Assembly: GCA_963784245.1 (NCBI GenBank)
Contig: CAWAQT010000009.1
Coordinates: forward strand, 139,658 to 203,657
DNA: 64,000 nucleotides
Direction of reading: 5' to 3'
Source of the DNA: an uncultured Alphaproteobacteria bacterium
GTDB taxonomy: Bacteria > Pseudomonadota > Alphaproteobacteria > Sphingomonadales > Sphingomonadaceae
Below, piece after piece: positions 19,358 through 33,810 of the stretch. A program made the position numbers and the translations under genes. Below the pieces are notes generated by a model that made no database searches, was not told where the DNA came from, and was given only the letters and a program-made list of their open reading frames with translations. Each line of letters begins with the position of its first letter. Within the stretch, counting starts at the first letter, position 1.

Positions 19358-19912
19358 TTACGACTTGGCGGATGCGCTCTTCGCGGCCTTGTCGGCGATA
19401 CGCGCCTCGCGGGCCTTGCCCTTCTTGGCGGCAGCCAGCTCGGCCGGATTCTTGCGCTCGATCAGCTCGATCGAACCGCCAGCCTTCTCGACCGCCTCAC
19501 GGGCGCCCTTCGAGACACCAGCGATCTTGAGCGTCAGCTTGGCCTTGAGCTCGCCCTTGCCGAGCAGGCGGACGCCGTCCTTGCCGCCGCGAGCAAGACC
19601 GGCGGCCTTGAGCGCGTCATGGTCGAGCGTGCCCTTGGCATCCAGCTTGCCGGCGTCGATCGCCTTCTGGATCGCGCCGGTGTTCACCTCGGCATAATCC
19701 TTGGCGAAGATGTTGTTGAAGCCACGCTTCGGCAGCCGCATGTGGAGCGGCATCTGGCCACCCTCGAAGCCGAAGATGGAGACGCCCGAGCGGCTGGTCT
19801 GACCCTTCTGGCCACGGCCAGCGGTCTTGCCCTTGCCCGAACCAATGCCACGGCCGACACGCATGCGGCTCTTGCGGGCACCGGGATTGTCGCGGAGTTC
19901 GTTGAGTTTCAT
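19358..19912 (-). CDS. rplO: 50S ribosomal protein L15
   Basis: [21 protein letters not shown]. Confidence 0.98.
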   Translation of the reverse strand: MKLNELRDNPGARKSRMRVGRGIGSGKGKTAGRGQKGQTSRSGVSIFGFEGGQMPLHMRLPKRGFNNIFAKDYAEVNTGAIQKAIDAGKLDAKGTLDHDALKAAGLARGGKDGVRLLGKGELKAKLTLKIAGVSKGAREAVEKAGGSIELIERKNPAELAAAKKGKAREARIADKAAKSASAKS

Positions 19913-19975
19913 TTTATCTGCACTCGCTTTCGCTTTTGTCGCGCATGACCCCGCCGAAGCGGGGCCAATGGATTG

Positions 19976-20155
19976 TTAGGCGGCTTCGACGCTCACCAAA
20001 TGCTGCACCTTGCGGACCTGGCCGAGAACCTCGGGGGTCTCTTCCACTTCCACGGTACGGCGAATCTTGTTGAGGCCGAGACCGACGAGGGTCGCCCGCT
20101 GCGTCTTGTCGCGGCGGATCGGCGAACCGGTCTGCGTGATCTTGATCTTCGCCAT
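19976..20155 (-). CDS. rpmD: 50S ribosomal protein L30 (59 aa, absent from the ORF track)
   Basis: Manual translation [59 protein letters not shown]. Confidence 0.95.
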   Translation of the reverse strand: MAKIKITQTGSPIRRDKTQRATLVGLGLNKIRRTVEVEETPEVLGQVRKVQHLVSVEAA

Positions 20156-20160
20156 CTAGC

Positions 20161-20943
20161 TTACTCCGTGATCGCTTCAGCCTGGGCTTCGGCTTCCGCA
20201 GCGGTTGCGCCGCCACGGCCGAGCAGGTCGGCAACCTTCTTGCCGCGACGCTGGGCCACCGAGCGTGGGCTCGTCTGCTCCTTGAGCGCTTCGAAGGTCG
20301 CGCGGATCATGTTGTACGGGTTGGACGTGCCGACCGACTTGGTCACGACGTCGGCAACGCCGAGGCTTTCGAAAATGGCGCGCATCGGACCGCCGGCGAT
20401 GATGCCGGTTCCCGCCGGAGCGGTACGGACCGTCACGCGGCCAGCGCCGAAGTGGCCGAGACCGTCATGGTGCAAAGTGCGGCCGTCGCGCAGCGGAACG
20501 CGAATCATCGCCTTCTTCGCAGCGGCAGTCGCCTTGCTGATCGCTTCCGGAACTTCGCGAGCCTTGCCGTGACCGAAGCCGGCGCGGCCCTTGCCGTCGC
20601 CGACGACCACGAGCGCAGCGAAACCGAAGCGCTTGCCGCCCTTCACGGTCTTGGAGACGCGGTTGATGTGGACGAGCTTTTCGATCAGTTCCTCGCCACC
20701 GTCGTCGTCGCCGCCACGTCCGCCGCGACGGTCGTCACGACGGCCACGGCCGCCACCACGATCGTTGCCACGTCCGCCGCCGCCACCACGGCCGCCACGC
20801 GGTCCGCGCGGTCCGCGGCCCTGCGGGCGATCGCCCTCGGGACGTCCAGTCTCGACGGCCGGAGCCGCTTCCGCTGCGGGAGCGGCTTCGGCTGGCGCCT
20901 CGGCGGGAGTTTCCACCACTGGAGTTTCGTTTTCGTCAGCCAT
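20161..20943 (-). CDS. rpsE: 30S ribosomal protein S5 with long N-terminal extension
   Basis: [24 protein letters not shown]. Confidence 0.97.
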   Translation of the reverse strand: MADENETPVVETPAEAPAEAAPAAEAAPAVETGRPEGDRPQGRGPRGPRGGRGGGGGRGNDRGGGRGRRDDRRGGRGGDDDGGEELIEKLVHINRVSKTVKGGKRFGFAALVVVGDGKGRAGFGHGKAREVPEAISKATAAAKKAMIRVPLRDGRTLHHDGLGHFGAGRVTVRTAPAGTGIIAGGPMRAIFESLGVADVVTKSVGTSNPYNMIRATFEALKEQTSPRSVAQRRGKKVADLLGRGGATAAEAEAQAEAITE

Positions 20944-21297
20944 TTAGAACTCCAATCCGCCTTCGCGGGCGGCATCGGCCAGGGCCTTCACCCGGCCATG
21001 GAACAGGAAGCCGCCGCGGTCGAACACGACCGTCGACACGCCGGCCTTCTTCGCACGCTCGGCAACAGCCTTGCCGACTGCAGCGGCCGCATCGCGGGTC
21101 GCTCCAGTCTTGCCCTTGACGTCCTTTTCGAGCGTCGAGGCGGAGGCAATCGTCGTGCCGGCAGTGTCGTCGATGACCTGCGCGTAGATGTGACGGCCCG
21201 AACGATGGACCGACAAACGCGGCTTGCCCGCGGAGCGCGCACGAAGCGACGTGCGAACACGGCGCCGGCGGCGATCGAAAAGAGAGAGTTTCGCCAT
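20944..21297 (-). CDS. rplR: 50S ribosomal protein L18
   Basis: [19 protein letters not shown]. Confidence 0.97.
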   Translation of the reverse strand: MAKLSLFDRRRRRVRTSLRARSAGKPRLSVHRSGRHIYAQVIDDTAGTTIASASTLEKDVKGKTGATRDAAAAVGKAVAERAKKAGVSTVVFDRGGFLFHGRVKALADAAREGGLEF

Positions 21298-21300
21298 GGC

Positions 21301-21834
21301 TTACTTCTTCTTGCCTTCTTTGCGGAAGATGTACTCGCCGCGGTACTTGATACCCTTGCCCTTGTAGGGCTCCGGCTTGCGCCAGCGGCGGATCTCGGCC
21401 GCGACCTGACCCACCTTCTGCTTGTCGATCCCGCTGATTTCGACCGTGGTCTGGTCAGGGGTCTTAACGTCGACGCCTTCCGGCACCGGGAAGTTCACGT
21501 CGTGGCTGTAACCGAGCTGCAGCTTCAGGTTCTTGCCCTGAGCCGTCGCGCGATAGCCGACGCCGTTGATTTCCAGCACCTTGGTGAAGCCGTCCGACAC
21601 GCCGGTCACGAGGTTCTGAACGAGCGTGCGCTGCATGCCCCAGAACGCGCGAGCCGCCTTGGTCTCGTTGGCCGGCTGAACCGAAATGCCGTCTTCCGAG
21701 ACGCTGTAACGAATCTCGTCACGCATCTGCAGCTGAAGCGTACCCTTCGGTCCTTTGACGGACAGAACCTGGCCTTCGGTACTCGCACTCACGCCCGAAG
21801 GCAGCGAGACCGGCCGTTTTCCGATACGGGACAT
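21301..21834 (-). CDS. rplF: 50S ribosomal protein L6
   Basis: [17 protein letters not shown]. Confidence 0.97.
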   Translation of the reverse strand: MSRIGKRPVSLPSGVSASTEGQVLSVKGPKGTLQLQMRDEIRYSVSEDGISVQPANETKAARAFWGMQRTLVQNLVTGVSDGFTKVLEINGVGYRATAQGKNLKLQLGYSHDVNFPVPEGVDVKTPDQTTVEISGIDKQKVGQVAAEIRRWRKPEPYKGKGIKYRGEYIFRKEGKKK

Positions 21835-21835
21835 C

Positions 21836-22231
21836 CTAGAATACCTCCGCCAGCACTTCGCCGCCGACGTTCTGGTCGCGCGCTTCAGCGTCCGACAGCA
21901 CGCCGCGCGGGGTCGACACGATGATCGTGCCAAGGCCGTTGCGGATGCGCGGAAGCTCGCGGGCGGCCGAATAGACGCGGCGGCCGGGCTTGGACACGCG
22001 AGCCAGATGCTGGATCGCGGGCTGGCCCTCAAAATACTTCAGCTCGATGCGCAGGCCTTTCTGCGCGCCAACAGCTTCTTCCGAATAGCCACGGATGTAG
22101 CCTTCGCGCTGGAGGACATCGAGCACACGGACGCGCAGGTTCGACGCAGGAGTCACGATGGAATCCTTGCGCGCCTGCTGGCCGTTGCGAATGCGGGTGA
22201 GCATATCACCCAAGGGATCGGTCATTGGCAT
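21836..22231 (-). CDS. rpsH: 30S ribosomal protein S8
   Basis: [25 protein letters not shown]. Confidence 0.98.
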   Translation of the reverse strand: MPMTDPLGDMLTRIRNGQQARKDSIVTPASNLRVRVLDVLQREGYIRGYSEEAVGAQKGLRIELKYFEGQPAIQHLARVSKPGRRVYSAARELPRIRNGLGTIIVSTPRGVLSDAEARDQNVGGEVLAEVF

Positions 22232-22240
22232 GCGCAGCCC

Positions 22241-22546
22241 TTACCAGCTCGACTTGGTGACGCCCGGGATCAGGCCCTTGTTGGCCAGTTCCCGGAGCAT
22301 GATCCGCGAAAGGCGGAACTTGCGATAATAGGCGCGCGAACGCCCGGTCAGCTCGCAGCGGTTGCGAATGCGCGTCGGGTTACCGTTGCGCGGAAGCTCC
22401 GCCATCTTGAGCCGTGCGATCAGCCGCTCGGTCTCGTCCCTGGAATCGTCGTCCGCGATAGCCTTCAGCTTCTCGTACTTCGACGCATACTTCAGGACGA
22501 GCTTCTTGCGACGCTCGTTCTTGTTGATCGAACTCAGTTTCGCCAT
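22241..22546 (-). CDS. rpsN: 30S ribosomal protein S14 (long, Zn-free type)
   Basis: [18 protein letters not shown]. Confidence 0.98.
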   Translation of the reverse strand: MAKLSSINKNERRKKLVLKYASKYEKLKAIADDDSRDETERLIARLKMAELPRNGNPTRIRNRCELTGRSRAYYRKFRLSRIMLRELANKGLIPGVTKSSW

Positions 22547-22581
22547 GACTTAAGTTCTTCTCCTTAGGAGAAGCAGCCCGC

Positions 22582-23280
22582 TTACGCGGCCTGCTTCTGC
22601 TCCTCATCACGCGGGAACGGGAAGTTGAAGAGGCGCAGCAGTTCGCGTGCCTCGTCGTCCGTCTTCGCGGTCGTGGTTACAATGATGTCCATCCCCCGGA
22701 CCTTGTCGATCTGGTCGTAGTTGATCTCGGGGAAAATGATCTGCTCCTTCAGGCCCATCGCGTAATTGCCGCGGCCGTCGAACGACTTGGGGTTGAGGCC
22801 CCGGAAATCGCGGACGCGCGGGAGCGCGATGGTGACCAGACGGTCCAGGAACTCGAACATGCGGTCGCGGCGAAGGGTCACCTTCGCACCGATCGGCATG
22901 CCTTCACGCAGCTTGAACTGCGCGATCGACTTCTTGGCCTTGGTGATCACCGGCTTCTGACCGGAAATCGCCTGCATCTCGGCGGCAGCCGCCTCGACCT
23001 TCTTCTTGTCCTGGGTCGCCTCGCCGACGCCCATGTTGATGACGATCTTGTCGAGCTTCGGAACCTCGAGACGGTTCTTGTAGCCAAACTTCTCGATCAT
23101 CGCCGGGACGATGCGCTGCTCGTAGTCGCCCTTGAGCCGCGGCGTGTAGGACTCGTTCTTCGAAGCCTTCGCGGCCTTTTCAGCCTTCGGAGCCTTCTCC
23201 GCCTTGTCGGCAGCCGGAGCCGCTTCGGTCTTCTCGACCTCGACGGTTTCGTCCTGCGGGACGGTCTTTTCGTCAGCCAT
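22582..23280 (-). CDS. rplE: 50S ribosomal protein L5 with N-terminal extension
   Basis: [22 protein letters not shown]; start overlaps the end of rplX. Confidence 0.96.
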   Translation of the reverse strand: MADEKTVPQDETVEVEKTEAAPAADKAEKAPKAEKAAKASKNESYTPRLKGDYEQRIVPAMIEKFGYKNRLEVPKLDKIVINMGVGEATQDKKKVEAAAAEMQAISGQKPVITKAKKSIAQFKLREGMPIGAKVTLRRDRMFEFLDRLVTIALPRVRDFRGLNPKSFDGRGNYAMGLKEQIIFPEINYDQIDKVRGMDIIVTTTAKTDDEARELLRLFNFPFPRDEEQKQAA

Positions 23281-23593
23281 TGATAAGCTCCCCGGACTTC
23301 ACGGCAACACGAACCTTCTTGCCGTTACGGTCCTCGAAACGGACACGGGATGCCTTGCCGGTCTTCGGGTCGGCAATCGCGACCTTCGACACGTGCAGCG
23401 GCGCTTCCTTGCGATCGATCCCCCCTTGCGGGTTGACCTGGGAGGCCTTGCGGTGACGAGCGGCGACGTTGACGCCGGACACGACCACCCTGCTCTCCTT
23501 CGGAATCGAACGGATGACTTCGCCGGTCTTGCCCTTGTCCTTGCCGGACAGGATCACGACCGTGTCACCCTTGCGGATCTTGGCGGCGGCCAT
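23273..23593 (-). CDS. rplX: 50S ribosomal protein L24
   Basis: [17 protein letters not shown] motif. Confidence 0.97.
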   Translation of the reverse strand: MAAAKIRKGDTVVILSGKDKGKTGEVIRSIPKESRVVVSGVNVAARHRKASQVNPQGGIDRKEAPLHVSKVAIADPKTGKASRVRFEDRNGKKVRVAVKSGELING

Positions 23594-23595
23594 GG

Positions 23596-23964
23596 TTACA
23601 GGACCTCCGGCGCAAGGCTGATGATCTTCATGTGCTTGCGCGCACGAAGCTCACGGACGACCGGGCCAAAGATACGGGTGCCGATCGGCTCCTCGTTCTT
23701 GTTGACCAGCACCGCGGCATTGCCGTCGAAACGGATCGTCGAACCGTCCGGACGGTGAATGTCCTTGGCGGTGCGGACGATCACGGCGCGGTGAACGTCG
23801 CCCTTCTTCACGCGGCCACGCGGAGCGGCTTCCTTGACCGAGACGACGATGATGTCGCCAACGGTCGCGGTACGCCGCTTCGATCCGCCCAGCACCTTGA
23901 TGCACTGGACGCGCTTGGCGCCGCTGTTGTCCGCGACGTCCAGGTTGGACTGCATCTGGATCAT
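23596..23964 (-). CDS. rplN: 50S ribosomal protein L14
   Basis: [24 protein letters not shown]. Confidence 0.98.
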   Translation of the reverse strand: MIQMQSNLDVADNSGAKRVQCIKVLGGSKRRTATVGDIIVVSVKEAAPRGRVKKGDVHRAVIVRTAKDIHRPDGSTIRFDGNAAVLVNKNEEPIGTRIFGPVVRELRARKHMKIISLAPEVL

Positions 23965-23993
23965 TGTTCGACCCTACCTTCTTTCAAAATCGC

Positions 23994-24380
23994 TCAGGCG
24001 TCCGCTTCGGCGTCGGCTTTCGCCTTCTTCGCCTTTGCGGCCGGCTTGGCGGCGGGCTTTTCAGCCTTGGCCTTGGCCGGAGCCTTCTTTTCTTCAACCG
24101 GGTTCGAGGCGCCCTCGACGATTTCGACTTCAGCAGCCCTTGCGGCACCGATGCGATCGAGCACCGTCCAGGTCTTCAGCTTCGAAATCGGAGCGCATTC
24201 CTCGATGCGCACCTGCTCGCCCGACTTGAAGGCATTGCCCTCGTCGTGCGCATGGTACTTCTTCGACAGCTTGATGATCTTGCCGTACAACGGGTGCTTC
24301 ACCCGCCGCTCGACACGGACCACCACGGTCTTGTCACCCTTGTCGGACACTACGGTGCCGGTCAGGACGCGCTTTGGCAT
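23994..24380 (-). CDS. rpsQ: 30S ribosomal protein S17 with Lys/Ala-rich tail
   Basis: [21 protein letters not shown]. Confidence 0.97.
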   Translation of the reverse strand: MPKRVLTGTVVSDKGDKTVVVRVERRVKHPLYGKIIKLSKKYHAHDEGNAFKSGEQVRIEECAPISKLKTWTVLDRIGAARAAEVEIVEGASNPVEEKKAPAKAKAEKPAAKPAAKAKKAKADAEADA

Positions 24381-24392
24381 TCCTCAGTCTCC

Positions 24393-24617
24393 TCAGCCCT
24401 GCGCCGGTTCGGCGACACGGGCACGTTGGCTCTGCAGCGTCTTGATGCGAGCGATGGTGCGGCGCACCTCTCTCACCCGCGACGGCTTCTCGAGCTGATT
24501 GGTCGCCGCCTGGAAGCGCAGGTTGAACTGCTCGCGCTTCAGGTCCGACAGCTGCGTCTGCAGCTGGTCGTCGGTGGCGACCTTCAGGTCGTCCTTGTTG
24601 GCTTTCTTCGCAGCCAT
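24393..24617 (-). CDS. rpmC: 50S ribosomal protein L29
   Basis: [17 protein letters not shown]. Confidence 0.97.
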   Translation of the reverse strand: MAAKKANKDDLKVATDDQLQTQLSDLKREQFNLRFQAATNQLEKPSRVREVRRTIARIKTLQSQRARVAEPAQG

Positions 24618-24618
24618 C

Positions 24619-25053
24619 TTAACGGTCCTCCTCGACCAGCGTCTCGCCCAGGCGAGCCACGACCTTGGTCTTGATCGGCAGCTTTTCGGCCGCGCGCTCG
24701 AACGCCGTCTTGGCGAGCGGGCCCGGAACGCCGTCCAGCTCGAACAGGATGCGGCCCGGCTTCACGCGAGCGACCCAGAATTCGGGCGAGCCCTTACCGG
24801 AGCCCATGCGGACTTCCGCCGGCTTGGAGCTGACCGGAACGTCCGGGAAAATGCGGATCCAGAGACGGCCGGTGCGCTTGATGTGACGCGTGATCGCGCG
24901 GCGAGCCGCCTCGATCTGGCGCGCGGTGATCCGCTCCGGCTCCATGGCCTTGAGGCCGAAGGCGCCGAAGTTGAGCTCGGTTCCGCCCTTGGCATTGCCA
25001 TGGATGCGGCCCTTGAAGGCCTTGCGGAACTTGGTGCGCTTTGGTTGCAGCAT
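24619..25053 (-). CDS. rplP: 50S ribosomal protein L16
   Basis: [18 protein letters not shown]. Confidence 0.98.
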   Translation of the reverse strand: MLQPKRTKFRKAFKGRIHGNAKGGTELNFGAFGLKAMEPERITARQIEAARRAITRHIKRTGRLWIRIFPDVPVSSKPAEVRMGSGKGSPEFWVARVKPGRILFELDGVPGPLAKTAFERAAEKLPIKTKVVARLGETLVEEDR

Positions 25054-25073
25054 GTCTTACTCTTCCTTCGCGC

Positions 25074-25787
25074 TTACCGGTTGCCGCGTTCTTCGCGGGC
25101 CGGACGGACGCCGGAGGTCTGGGCCTCCATCATCAACCGGTCCTGCGCAGTCGGATCATGGCCGAGGATCTCGCCCTTGAAGATCCAAACCTTCACGCCG
25201 CACACGCCATAGGCGGTGTGCGCTTCGGCTTCGGCATAATCGACGTTGCCGCGCAGCGTGTGCAGAGGAACGCGGCCCTCACGGTACCATTCGGTGCGCG
25301 CGATCTCCGCGCCGCCGAGACGGCCGGCGCAGGTGATGCGGATGCCCTCGGCGCCGAGACGAAGCGCCGACTGAACGGCGCGCTTCATGGCGCGGCGGAA
25401 AGCGATACGGCGCTCGAGCTGATCGGCAACGCCCTGAGCGACGAGCTTGGAGTCGATCTCCGGCTTGCGGATCTCGACGATGTTCAGGCTGACGTCCGAC
25501 GACGTCATCGAACCGAGCTTCTTGCGAAGCTTCTCGATGTCCGCGCCCTTCTTGCCGATGATCACGCCCGGACGAGCAGCATAGATGCTCACGCGGCAGA
25601 TCTTGGCCGGACGCTCAATGACGACCTTCGAGATCGCGGCCTGCGGCAGCGTCGAAAGGATGTGCTTCCGGATCTTCAGATCTTCCAGCAGCAGACGGCC
25701 GTAGTCCTGGCCTTCCGCATACCAGCGGCTGTCCCAGGTCCGGTTGATCTGCAGGCGGAGCCCGACGGGAGAGGATTTCTGACCCAT
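25074..25787 (-). CDS. rpsC: 30S ribosomal protein S3
   Basis: [28 protein letters not shown]. Confidence 0.98.
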   Translation of the reverse strand: MGQKSSPVGLRLQINRTWDSRWYAEGQDYGRLLLEDLKIRKHILSTLPQAAISKVVIERPAKICRVSIYAARPGVIIGKKGADIEKLRKKLGSMTSSDVSLNIVEIRKPEIDSKLVAQGVADQLERRIAFRRAMKRAVQSALRLGAEGIRITCAGRLGGAEIARTEWYREGRVPLHTLRGNVDYAEAEAHTAYGVCGVKVWIFKGEILGHDPTAQDRLMMEAQTSGVRPAREERGNR

Positions 25788-25790
25788 AAG

Positions 25791-26168
25791 TTACGCTTCT
25801 TCCTGCTCGCGAACGACGACGCGGATGCGGCTGAACGGCTTGACGATCCGACTGGAACGGCCACGCGCACGGGTCGCGAACCGCTTCATCGAGATCGACT
25901 TGCCGACGCTCGCTTCCGACACGACGAGCGCGTCGACATCGAGATTGTGGTTGTTCTCGGCATTGGCCACGGCCGATGCGAGGACCTTGCGCACATCCGT
26001 AGCCATCGCCTTGGGCGAGAACTGCAGGATGTTGAGCGCTTCCTCGACCTTGCGGCCGCGGATGAGGCCCGCGACGAGGTTCAGCTTGCGGGCCGAACCA
26101 CGGATCATGGTGCCGACGGCGAGCGCTTCCTTGTCGCCCACCTTGCGCGGAGCTGCTTGCTTGCTCAT
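25791..26168 (-). CDS. rplV: 50S ribosomal protein L22
   Basis: SARKLNLVAGLIRG, SAVANAENN, RARGR. Confidence 0.97.
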   Translation of the reverse strand: MSKQAAPRKVGDKEALAVGTMIRGSARKLNLVAGLIRGRKVEEALNILQFSPKAMATDVRKVLASAVANAENNHNLDVDALVVSEASVGKSISMKRFATRARGRSSRIVKPFSRIRVVVREQEEA

Positions 26169-26443
26169 CAGCGCTTGCCCTTCTTGTCCGAGGCGTGGCC
26201 CGGGAAGTAGCGGGTCGGCGCGAACTCACCGAGCTTCATTCCGACCATATCCTCGTTGACCGACACCGGCACGAACTTGCGGCCGTTGTAGACATTGAAG
26301 GTGAGGCCGACGAACTGCGGCAGGATCGTCGAACGGCGCGACCAGGTCTTGATCGGCGAACGGCCGCCCTTTTCCTGCGCAGCTTCCGCCTTCTTCAGCA
26401 GCGAAAGCTCGACGAACGGACCTTTCCAGATGGAACGGGCCAT
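26168..26443 (-). CDS. rpsS: 30S ribosomal protein S19
   Basis: [23 protein letters not shown]. Confidence 0.98.
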   Translation of the reverse strand: MARSIWKGPFVELSLLKKAEAAQEKGGRSPIKTWSRRSTILPQFVGLTFNVYNGRKFVPVSVNEDMVGMKLGEFAPTRYFPGHASDKKGKR

Positions 26444-26446
26444 GGA

Positions 26447-27283
26447 TTAACCCTTCTTCTTCGCGTGACGCGACCGAATGATGAACTTGTCGGTCGACTT
26501 GTTGTGACGAGTGCGAGCACCCTTCGTCGGCTTGCCCCACGGGGTGACCGGATGACGGCCGCCCGAGGTACGGCCTTCACCACCGCCATGCGGGTGGTCG
26601 ACCGGGTTCTTGGCGACGCCGCGGGTCAGCGGACGCTTGCCCATCCAGCGAGTGCGGCCTGCCTTGGCGAAATTCTGGTTCTGGTTGTCCGGGTTGGACA
26701 CCGCACCGACCGTCGCCATGCAGTCCGAGCGGATGTACCGCTGCTCGCCTGAATTGAGTCTGACGATAACCATTCCGCGATCACGACCGACGACCTGCAC
26801 ATAGGTGCCGGCAGCGCGCGCGATCTGACCGCCCTTGCCAGGCTTCAGCTCGACGTTGTGGACGATGGTTCCGATCGGCATCTGGCCGACTTCCATGGCA
26901 TTGCCAGGCTTCACGTCGACCTTCTTGCCGGCGACGACCTTGTCGCCCGGAGCCAGACGCTGCGGAGCGATGATGTAGGCCTGCTCGCCGCCCTCGTAGG
27001 TCACGAGCGCGATGAACGCCGAACGGTTGGGGTCGTACTCGAGACGCTCGACGGTCGCCGGGACGTCCCACGTGCGACGCTTGAAGTCGATGTAGCGATA
27101 CTTCTGCTTGTGGCCGCCCGCGATCCCGCGCGAGGTCACATGCCCCTTGTTGTTGCGTCCGCCGGTCTTGCGCTTGCCTTCGGTCAGCGCTTTGACGGGC
27201 TTGCCCTTCCACAGCGACGACTTGTCGACGAGAATCAGGCCGCGACGCGACGGCGAAGTCGGCTTGTATTGCTTGAGTGCCAT
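26447..27283 (-). CDS. rplB: 50S ribosomal protein L2
   Basis: [20 protein letters not shown]. Confidence 0.98.
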   Translation of the reverse strand: MALKQYKPTSPSRRGLILVDKSSLWKGKPVKALTEGKRKTGGRNNKGHVTSRGIAGGHKQKYRYIDFKRRTWDVPATVERLEYDPNRSAFIALVTYEGGEQAYIIAPQRLAPGDKVVAGKKVDVKPGNAMEVGQMPIGTIVHNVELKPGKGGQIARAAGTYVQVVGRDRGMVIVRLNSGEQRYIRSDCMATVGAVSNPDNQNQNFAKAGRTRWMGKRPLTRGVAKNPVDHPHGGGEGRTSGGRHPVTPWGKPTKGARTRHNKSTDKFIIRSRHAKKKG

Positions 27284-27606
27284 TAGCGCGGCGCTCCTTC
27301 GGTAATGTCGATCGGGTCCTGACCGGCAGCCAGGGTAACGATCGCCTTCTTGCTGTCCGAACGCTGGTAGGCCTGGCCTTTCCAGCGCTTCGACTTGCCC
27401 TTGCTGACGATCGTGTTCACGCTCGCCACGGTGCGCCCGTAGATCGCTTCGACAGCCGCCTTGATCTCCGGCTTCGACGCGGTCTTCGCGACCTTGAAGA
27501 CGACCGCATTGTGCTCGGCGAGCAGGCTCGACTTCTCGGTGATGTGCGGGGCGACGATCACGTCATAGTGACGCAGGTCGACCGTATCCTGCTGCTTCTT
27601 AGCCAT
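27283..27606 (-). CDS. rplW: 50S ribosomal protein L23
   Basis: [23 protein letters not shown]. Confidence 0.97.
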   Translation of the reverse strand: MAKKQQDTVDLRHYDVIVAPHITEKSSLLAEHNAVVFKVAKTASKPEIKAAVEAIYGRTVASVNTIVSKGKSKRWKGQAYQRSDSKKAIVTLAAGQDPIDITEGAPR

Positions 27607-28225
27607 TGAAACGTGCCTCCAGGCGCTCGACCGCTGCCTTGGTCAGGACCAGGGTCTCGCAGCGCATGATGTCGTAGACGTTGGCGCCGACTGCCGGGAG
27701 CAGGTCGACATTGCCGAGATTCGACGAAGCGCGGGCGAAACCGACGTTCAGCGCGTCGCCGTCAATCACCAGAGCCGACTTGCCGAGGCCAAGGCCGTTC
27801 AGCTTCGTCTTGAGCTCCTTCGTCTTGCCGTCCTTGAGGTCGAGGTTGTCGACCACGATCAGCTGTCCGCCCATCGCCTTCGACGACAAAGCCATCTTCA
27901 GGCCGAGCGCGCGAACCTTCTTGTTCAGCGAGGCGCTGAACGTGCGGGCACGCGGGCCGTGGGCCTTGCCGCCGCCGACGAAGATCGGAGCGCGGCGATC
28001 GCCGTGACGAGCCGTACCGCCGCCCTTCTGGCGACCGAACTTCTTGCCGGTGCGAGCAACGTCGCTGCGCTCACGAGCGGCGCGAGCCGTTCCGCGACGA
28101 TTGACGAGCTGCCACGTGACGACGCGATGCAGGATGTCGGCGCGCGGCTCGACGCCGAAGATCTCGTCGTTGAGCTCGAGGTCGCCGCCAGCCTTGGCGT
28201 CGAGGGTCTGTACCTTGACCTTCAT
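27599..28225 (-). CDS. rplD: 50S ribosomal protein L4
   Basis: [19 protein letters not shown]. Confidence 0.97.
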   Translation of the reverse strand: MKVKVQTLDAKAGGDLELNDEIFGVEPRADILHRVVTWQLVNRRGTARAARERSDVARTGKKFGRQKGGGTARHGDRRAPIFVGGGKAHGPRARTFSASLNKKVRALGLKMALSSKAMGGQLIVVDNLDLKDGKTKELKTKLNGLGLGKSALVIDGDALNVGFARASSNLGNVDLLPAVGANVYDIMRCETLVLTKAAVERLEARFNG

Positions 28226-28226
28226 C

Positions 28227-29168
28227 TTAGCCTTCCTTGCCTTCGTCGGCGTCGGAGGCAGGCTTCGCGCTGTCCTCAGCCGCTTGGGCTTTTTCATTGT
28301 CTGCGGACTGGGCCGAGTCAGCAGCTTCAGCCTCGGCAGCAGCTTCGGCTTCCGCCTCGGCAGCCGCACCGGCTTCCTGCTCCGCCGCGATCGCCGCCAC
28401 TTCCTCGTCGCCGGGGAGTGCCGGGATTTCGTGGACGGCCGCGTCGTCGACCAGGCCCGCCACCGGCAGTTCCGCTTCGTCGATCTTCGCGTTCGTGTCG
28501 AGGATGCCCGCCGGGTACGGCGCGCTCTCGTGCCGCGGCAGCTTGACGGCGTCTTCGACCGTCACCCAGCTGCCCTTGTGGCCCGGAACCGAGCCCTTGA
28601 TGAACAGCAGGCCGCGGATCGGGTCCGTACGGACGACCTCGAGGTTCTGCTGCGTGCGATTACGCGCGCCCATGTGACCGGCCATCTTCTTGTTCTTGAA
28701 GACGCGGCCCGGATCCTGGCGGTTACCCGTCGAACCGTGCGAACGGTGCGACACGGAAACGCCGTGCGTTGCCCGCAGACCGCCGAAGCCCCAGCGCTTC
28801 ATGGCGCCGGCAAAGCCCTTGCCCTGGGTCACGCCGGCGATGTCGACCAGCTGGCCGGCAACGAAATGCTCGGCGCTGATGCGCGAGCCGACGTCCAGAA
28901 GCGCGTCCTCGGCGACGCGGAATTCGACGATCTTCGCCTTGGGCTCAACCTCGGCCTTGCCGAAAGCGACGCGCTGCGGCTTGGCGACATTCTTCGCCTT
29001 CGCCGTGCCTGCGCCAAGCTGGACGGCGGTGTAGCCGTCCCGATCCATTTCGCGGCGTCCGATGACTTGCAGCTCGTCCAATTGGAGAACGGTAACCGGC
29101 ACGTGCCGACCGTCCGCCTGGAACAGGCGCGTCATTCCGACCTTCTTCGCGATCACGCCAGTGCGCAT
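28227..29168 (-). CDS. rplC: 50S ribosomal protein L3 with acidic C-terminal extension
   Basis: [33 protein letters not shown]. Confidence 0.97.
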   Translation of the reverse strand: MRTGVIAKKVGMTRLFQADGRHVPVTVLQLDELQVIGRREMDRDGYTAVQLGAGTAKAKNVAKPQRVAFGKAEVEPKAKIVEFRVAEDALLDVGSRISAEHFVAGQLVDIAGVTQGKGFAGAMKRWGFGGLRATHGVSVSHRSHGSTGNRQDPGRVFKNKKMAGHMGARNRTQQNLEVVRTDPIRGLLFIKGSVPGHKGSWVTVEDAVKLPRHESAPYPAGILDTNAKIDEAELPVAGLVDDAAVHEIPALPGDEEVAAIAAEQEAGAAAEAEAEAAAEAEAADSAQSADNEKAQAAEDSAKPASDADEGKEG

Positions 29169-29374
29169 GATCAAAAACTCCTCACAGAGGCACCGCGGGA
29201 CCATCCCGGATGCGTGCAGCCCGTTGAACTTATTGCGTGCCCCGCCTGGGCTAGTGCTCCGTGCAATACGGAACGGCGGGGACGCAGCCGGAGCAGATGC
29301 TCCGCGGTATCACCCTATGTCCGAGTGGCTTTGGGCCTCTCGACGCCGTTCCGGGTCGGAACGGCTGCCGGCTG
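29169..29374 (-). ncRNA. Candidate structured cis-regulatory RNA in the rpsJ-rplC spacer
   Basis: 206-nt spacer with several nested inverted repeats ending next to the rplC Shine-Dalgarno. Confidence 0.4.
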
Positions 29375-29686
<312 letters not shown>

Positions 29687-29808
29687 GTCCCTACCGATGC
29701 GAAAGAGCCCGCTTCTCGCCGCTTGATGCAGTCCGAAGCCTTAAACCAAAAACGAGCCAGCCCGGCAGCTGTGCGCCGCGCTTGCCCGTATACAAATTTC
29801 AAAAGCGA

Positions 29809-29842
29809 GCCGCGCGACCCTGACGGATCAGAATCGCGCGGC
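29809..29842 (-). terminator. Long hairpin after tuf (terminator or rpsJ leader stem)
   Basis: GCCGCGCGATTCTGA-TCCG-TCAGGGTCGCGCGGC followed by TCGCTTTT on the minus strand. Confidence 0.5.
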
Positions 29843-29848
29843 ATGCGC

Positions 29849-29877
29849 CCTATATTACTTAGTGATCTCCGCGACAA
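29849..29877 (-). promoter_or_regulatory. Sigma70-type promoter for the S10 operon, embedded in the tuf 3' end
   Basis: TTGTCG-N17-TATAGG on the minus strand. Confidence 0.5.
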
Positions 29878-31045
29878 CCCCTGCGCCGACGGTCCGGCCA
29901 CCTTCGCGGATTGCGAAGCGGAGGCCCGGGTCCATGGCGATCGGAGCGATCAGCTTGACCTGGAGATTCACGTTGTCGCCCGGCATCACCATTTCGGTGC
30001 CCTCGGGGAGAACGACTTCGCCGGTGACGTCCGTCGTCCGGAAGTAGAACTGCGGACGATAGTTGGCGAAGAACGGCGTGTGACGGCCGCCCTCGTCCTT
30101 CGACAGGACGTAGACCTCTGCCTTGAAGTCGGTGTGCGGCTTGATCGAGCCCGGCTTGCAGAGAACCTGCCCGCGCTCGACGTCCTCACGGCCGATACCG
30201 CGGATCAGCGCGCCGATGTTGTCGCCGGCCTGGCCCTGGTCGAGCAGCTTGCGGAACATTTCGACGCCGGTGACGACGGTCTTCTGCGTGTCGCGGATGC
30301 CGACAATCTCGACTTCCTCGCCGACCTTGATGATGCCGGTCTCGACGCGGCCAGTGACGACCGTGCCACGACCCGAAATCGAGAACACGTCCTCGATCGG
30401 CATCAGGAACGGCTTGTCCAGCGGACGCTCCGGGGTCGGGATCCACTCGTCGACGGCAGCCATCAGCTTCAGGATCGCTTCGCGGCCCGTCTCCGGATTG
30501 CTGTCCTCGAGGGCGGCAAGAGCCGAACCCGAGACGATCGGGATGTTGTCGCCGTCGAAGTCGCGCTTGGAAAGCTCCTCGCGGATTTCCAGCTCGACGA
30601 GCTCGAGCAGTTCGGGATCGTCGACCTGGTCGACCTTGTTCAGGAACACGACCATCGTCGGAACGCCGACCTGCTTCGCGAGCAGGATGTGCTCCTTGGT
30701 CTGCGGCATCGGGCCGTCAGCGGCCGACACGACGAGGATCGCTCCGTCCATCTGGGCGGCGCCGGTGATCATGTTCTTCACATAATCGGCGTGGCCCGGG
30801 CAATCGACGTGCGCATAGTGGCGCGCAGCCGTCTCATACTCGACGTGCGCGGTCGAGATGGTGATGCCGCGCTCGCGCTCTTCGGGAGCCTTGTCGATGT
30901 TGGCATAGTCGACGAACGTTGCTCCGCCCGTCTCCGCCAGCACCTTGGTGATCGCCGCTGTCAGCGACGTCTTGCCATGGTCGACGTGACCGATCGTGCC
31001 GATGTTTACGTGCGGCTTGTTCCGCTCGAATTTCGCCTTCGCCAT
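29855..31045 (-). CDS. tuf: Elongation factor Tu
   Basis: [28 protein letters not shown]. Confidence 0.99.
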   Translation of the reverse strand: MAKAKFERNKPHVNIGTIGHVDHGKTSLTAAITKVLAETGGATFVDYANIDKAPEERERGITISTAHVEYETAARHYAHVDCPGHADYVKNMITGAAQMDGAILVVSAADGPMPQTKEHILLAKQVGVPTMVVFLNKVDQVDDPELLELVELEIREELSKRDFDGDNIPIVSGSALAALEDSNPETGREAILKLMAAVDEWIPTPERPLDKPFLMPIEDVFSISGRGTVVTGRVETGIIKVGEEVEIVGIRDTQKTVVTGVEMFRKLLDQGQAGDNIGALIRGIGREDVERGQVLCKPGSIKPHTDFKAEVYVLSKDEGGRHTPFFANYRPQFYFRTTDVTGEVVLPEGTEMVMPGDNVNLQVKLIAPIAMDPGLRFAIREGGRTVGAGVVAEITK

Positions 31046-31119
31046 TTTACGCCTCTTCTTCTCTGGAATTCGGGCGGCCCGCCCTGTTCGCGGACGCGCC
31101 CATAGCTAACAAAAAACAG

Positions 31120-33216
<2,097 letters not shown>

Positions 33217-33281
33217 TTCAGATTTTCCTTAGCGATGTGGGGAGCCGGCGGATCCGGCTTCCCCAGATATAGGTACGAAAA

Positions 33282-33752
33282 CTACCAGCGGTAGTGGCTG
33301 AAGGCGCGGTTCGCTTCGGCCATGCGGTGCGTGTCTTCGCGCTTCTTCACGGCGTTGCCGCGGTTCTGCGACGCATCCATCAGCTCGCCCGACAGGCGGC
33401 CGGCCATCGTCTTTTCAGAACGGGCGCGGGCAGCCGTGATGAGCCAGCGGATGGCAAGAGCCTGGGCGCGCTCGATACGGACCTCGACCGGAACCTGGTA
33501 GGTCGCACCGCCGACGCGGCGGCTGCGGACCTCGATGCCCGGCTTCACATTGTTCAGCGCGTCGTGGAACACGCTGATCGGATCCTTCTTCAGGCGAGCC
33601 TCGACATTGTCGAGAGCGCCATAGACGATGCCTTCGGCGACCGACTTCTTGCCGTCGAGCATGACCGAATTCATGAACTTCGACAGGACGATGTCCCCGA
33701 AACGGGGATCGGGCAGGATTTCGCGCTTCTCTGGGCGGCGACGACGGGACAT
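33282..33752 (-). CDS. rpsG: 30S ribosomal protein S7
   Basis: [21 protein letters not shown]. Confidence 0.98.
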   Translation of the reverse strand: MSRRRRPEKREILPDPRFGDIVLSKFMNSVMLDGKKSVAEGIVYGALDNVEARLKKDPISVFHDALNNVKPGIEVRSRRVGGATYQVPVEVRIERAQALAIRWLITAARARSEKTMAGRLSGELMDASQNRGNAVKKREDTHRMAEANRAFSHYRW

Positions 33753-33810
33753 TGATTGTTCCTTTCTCTTCAGCCTGTTCCGGAACCTGTCCGGGGCTTA
33801 CTCGTGCGAG

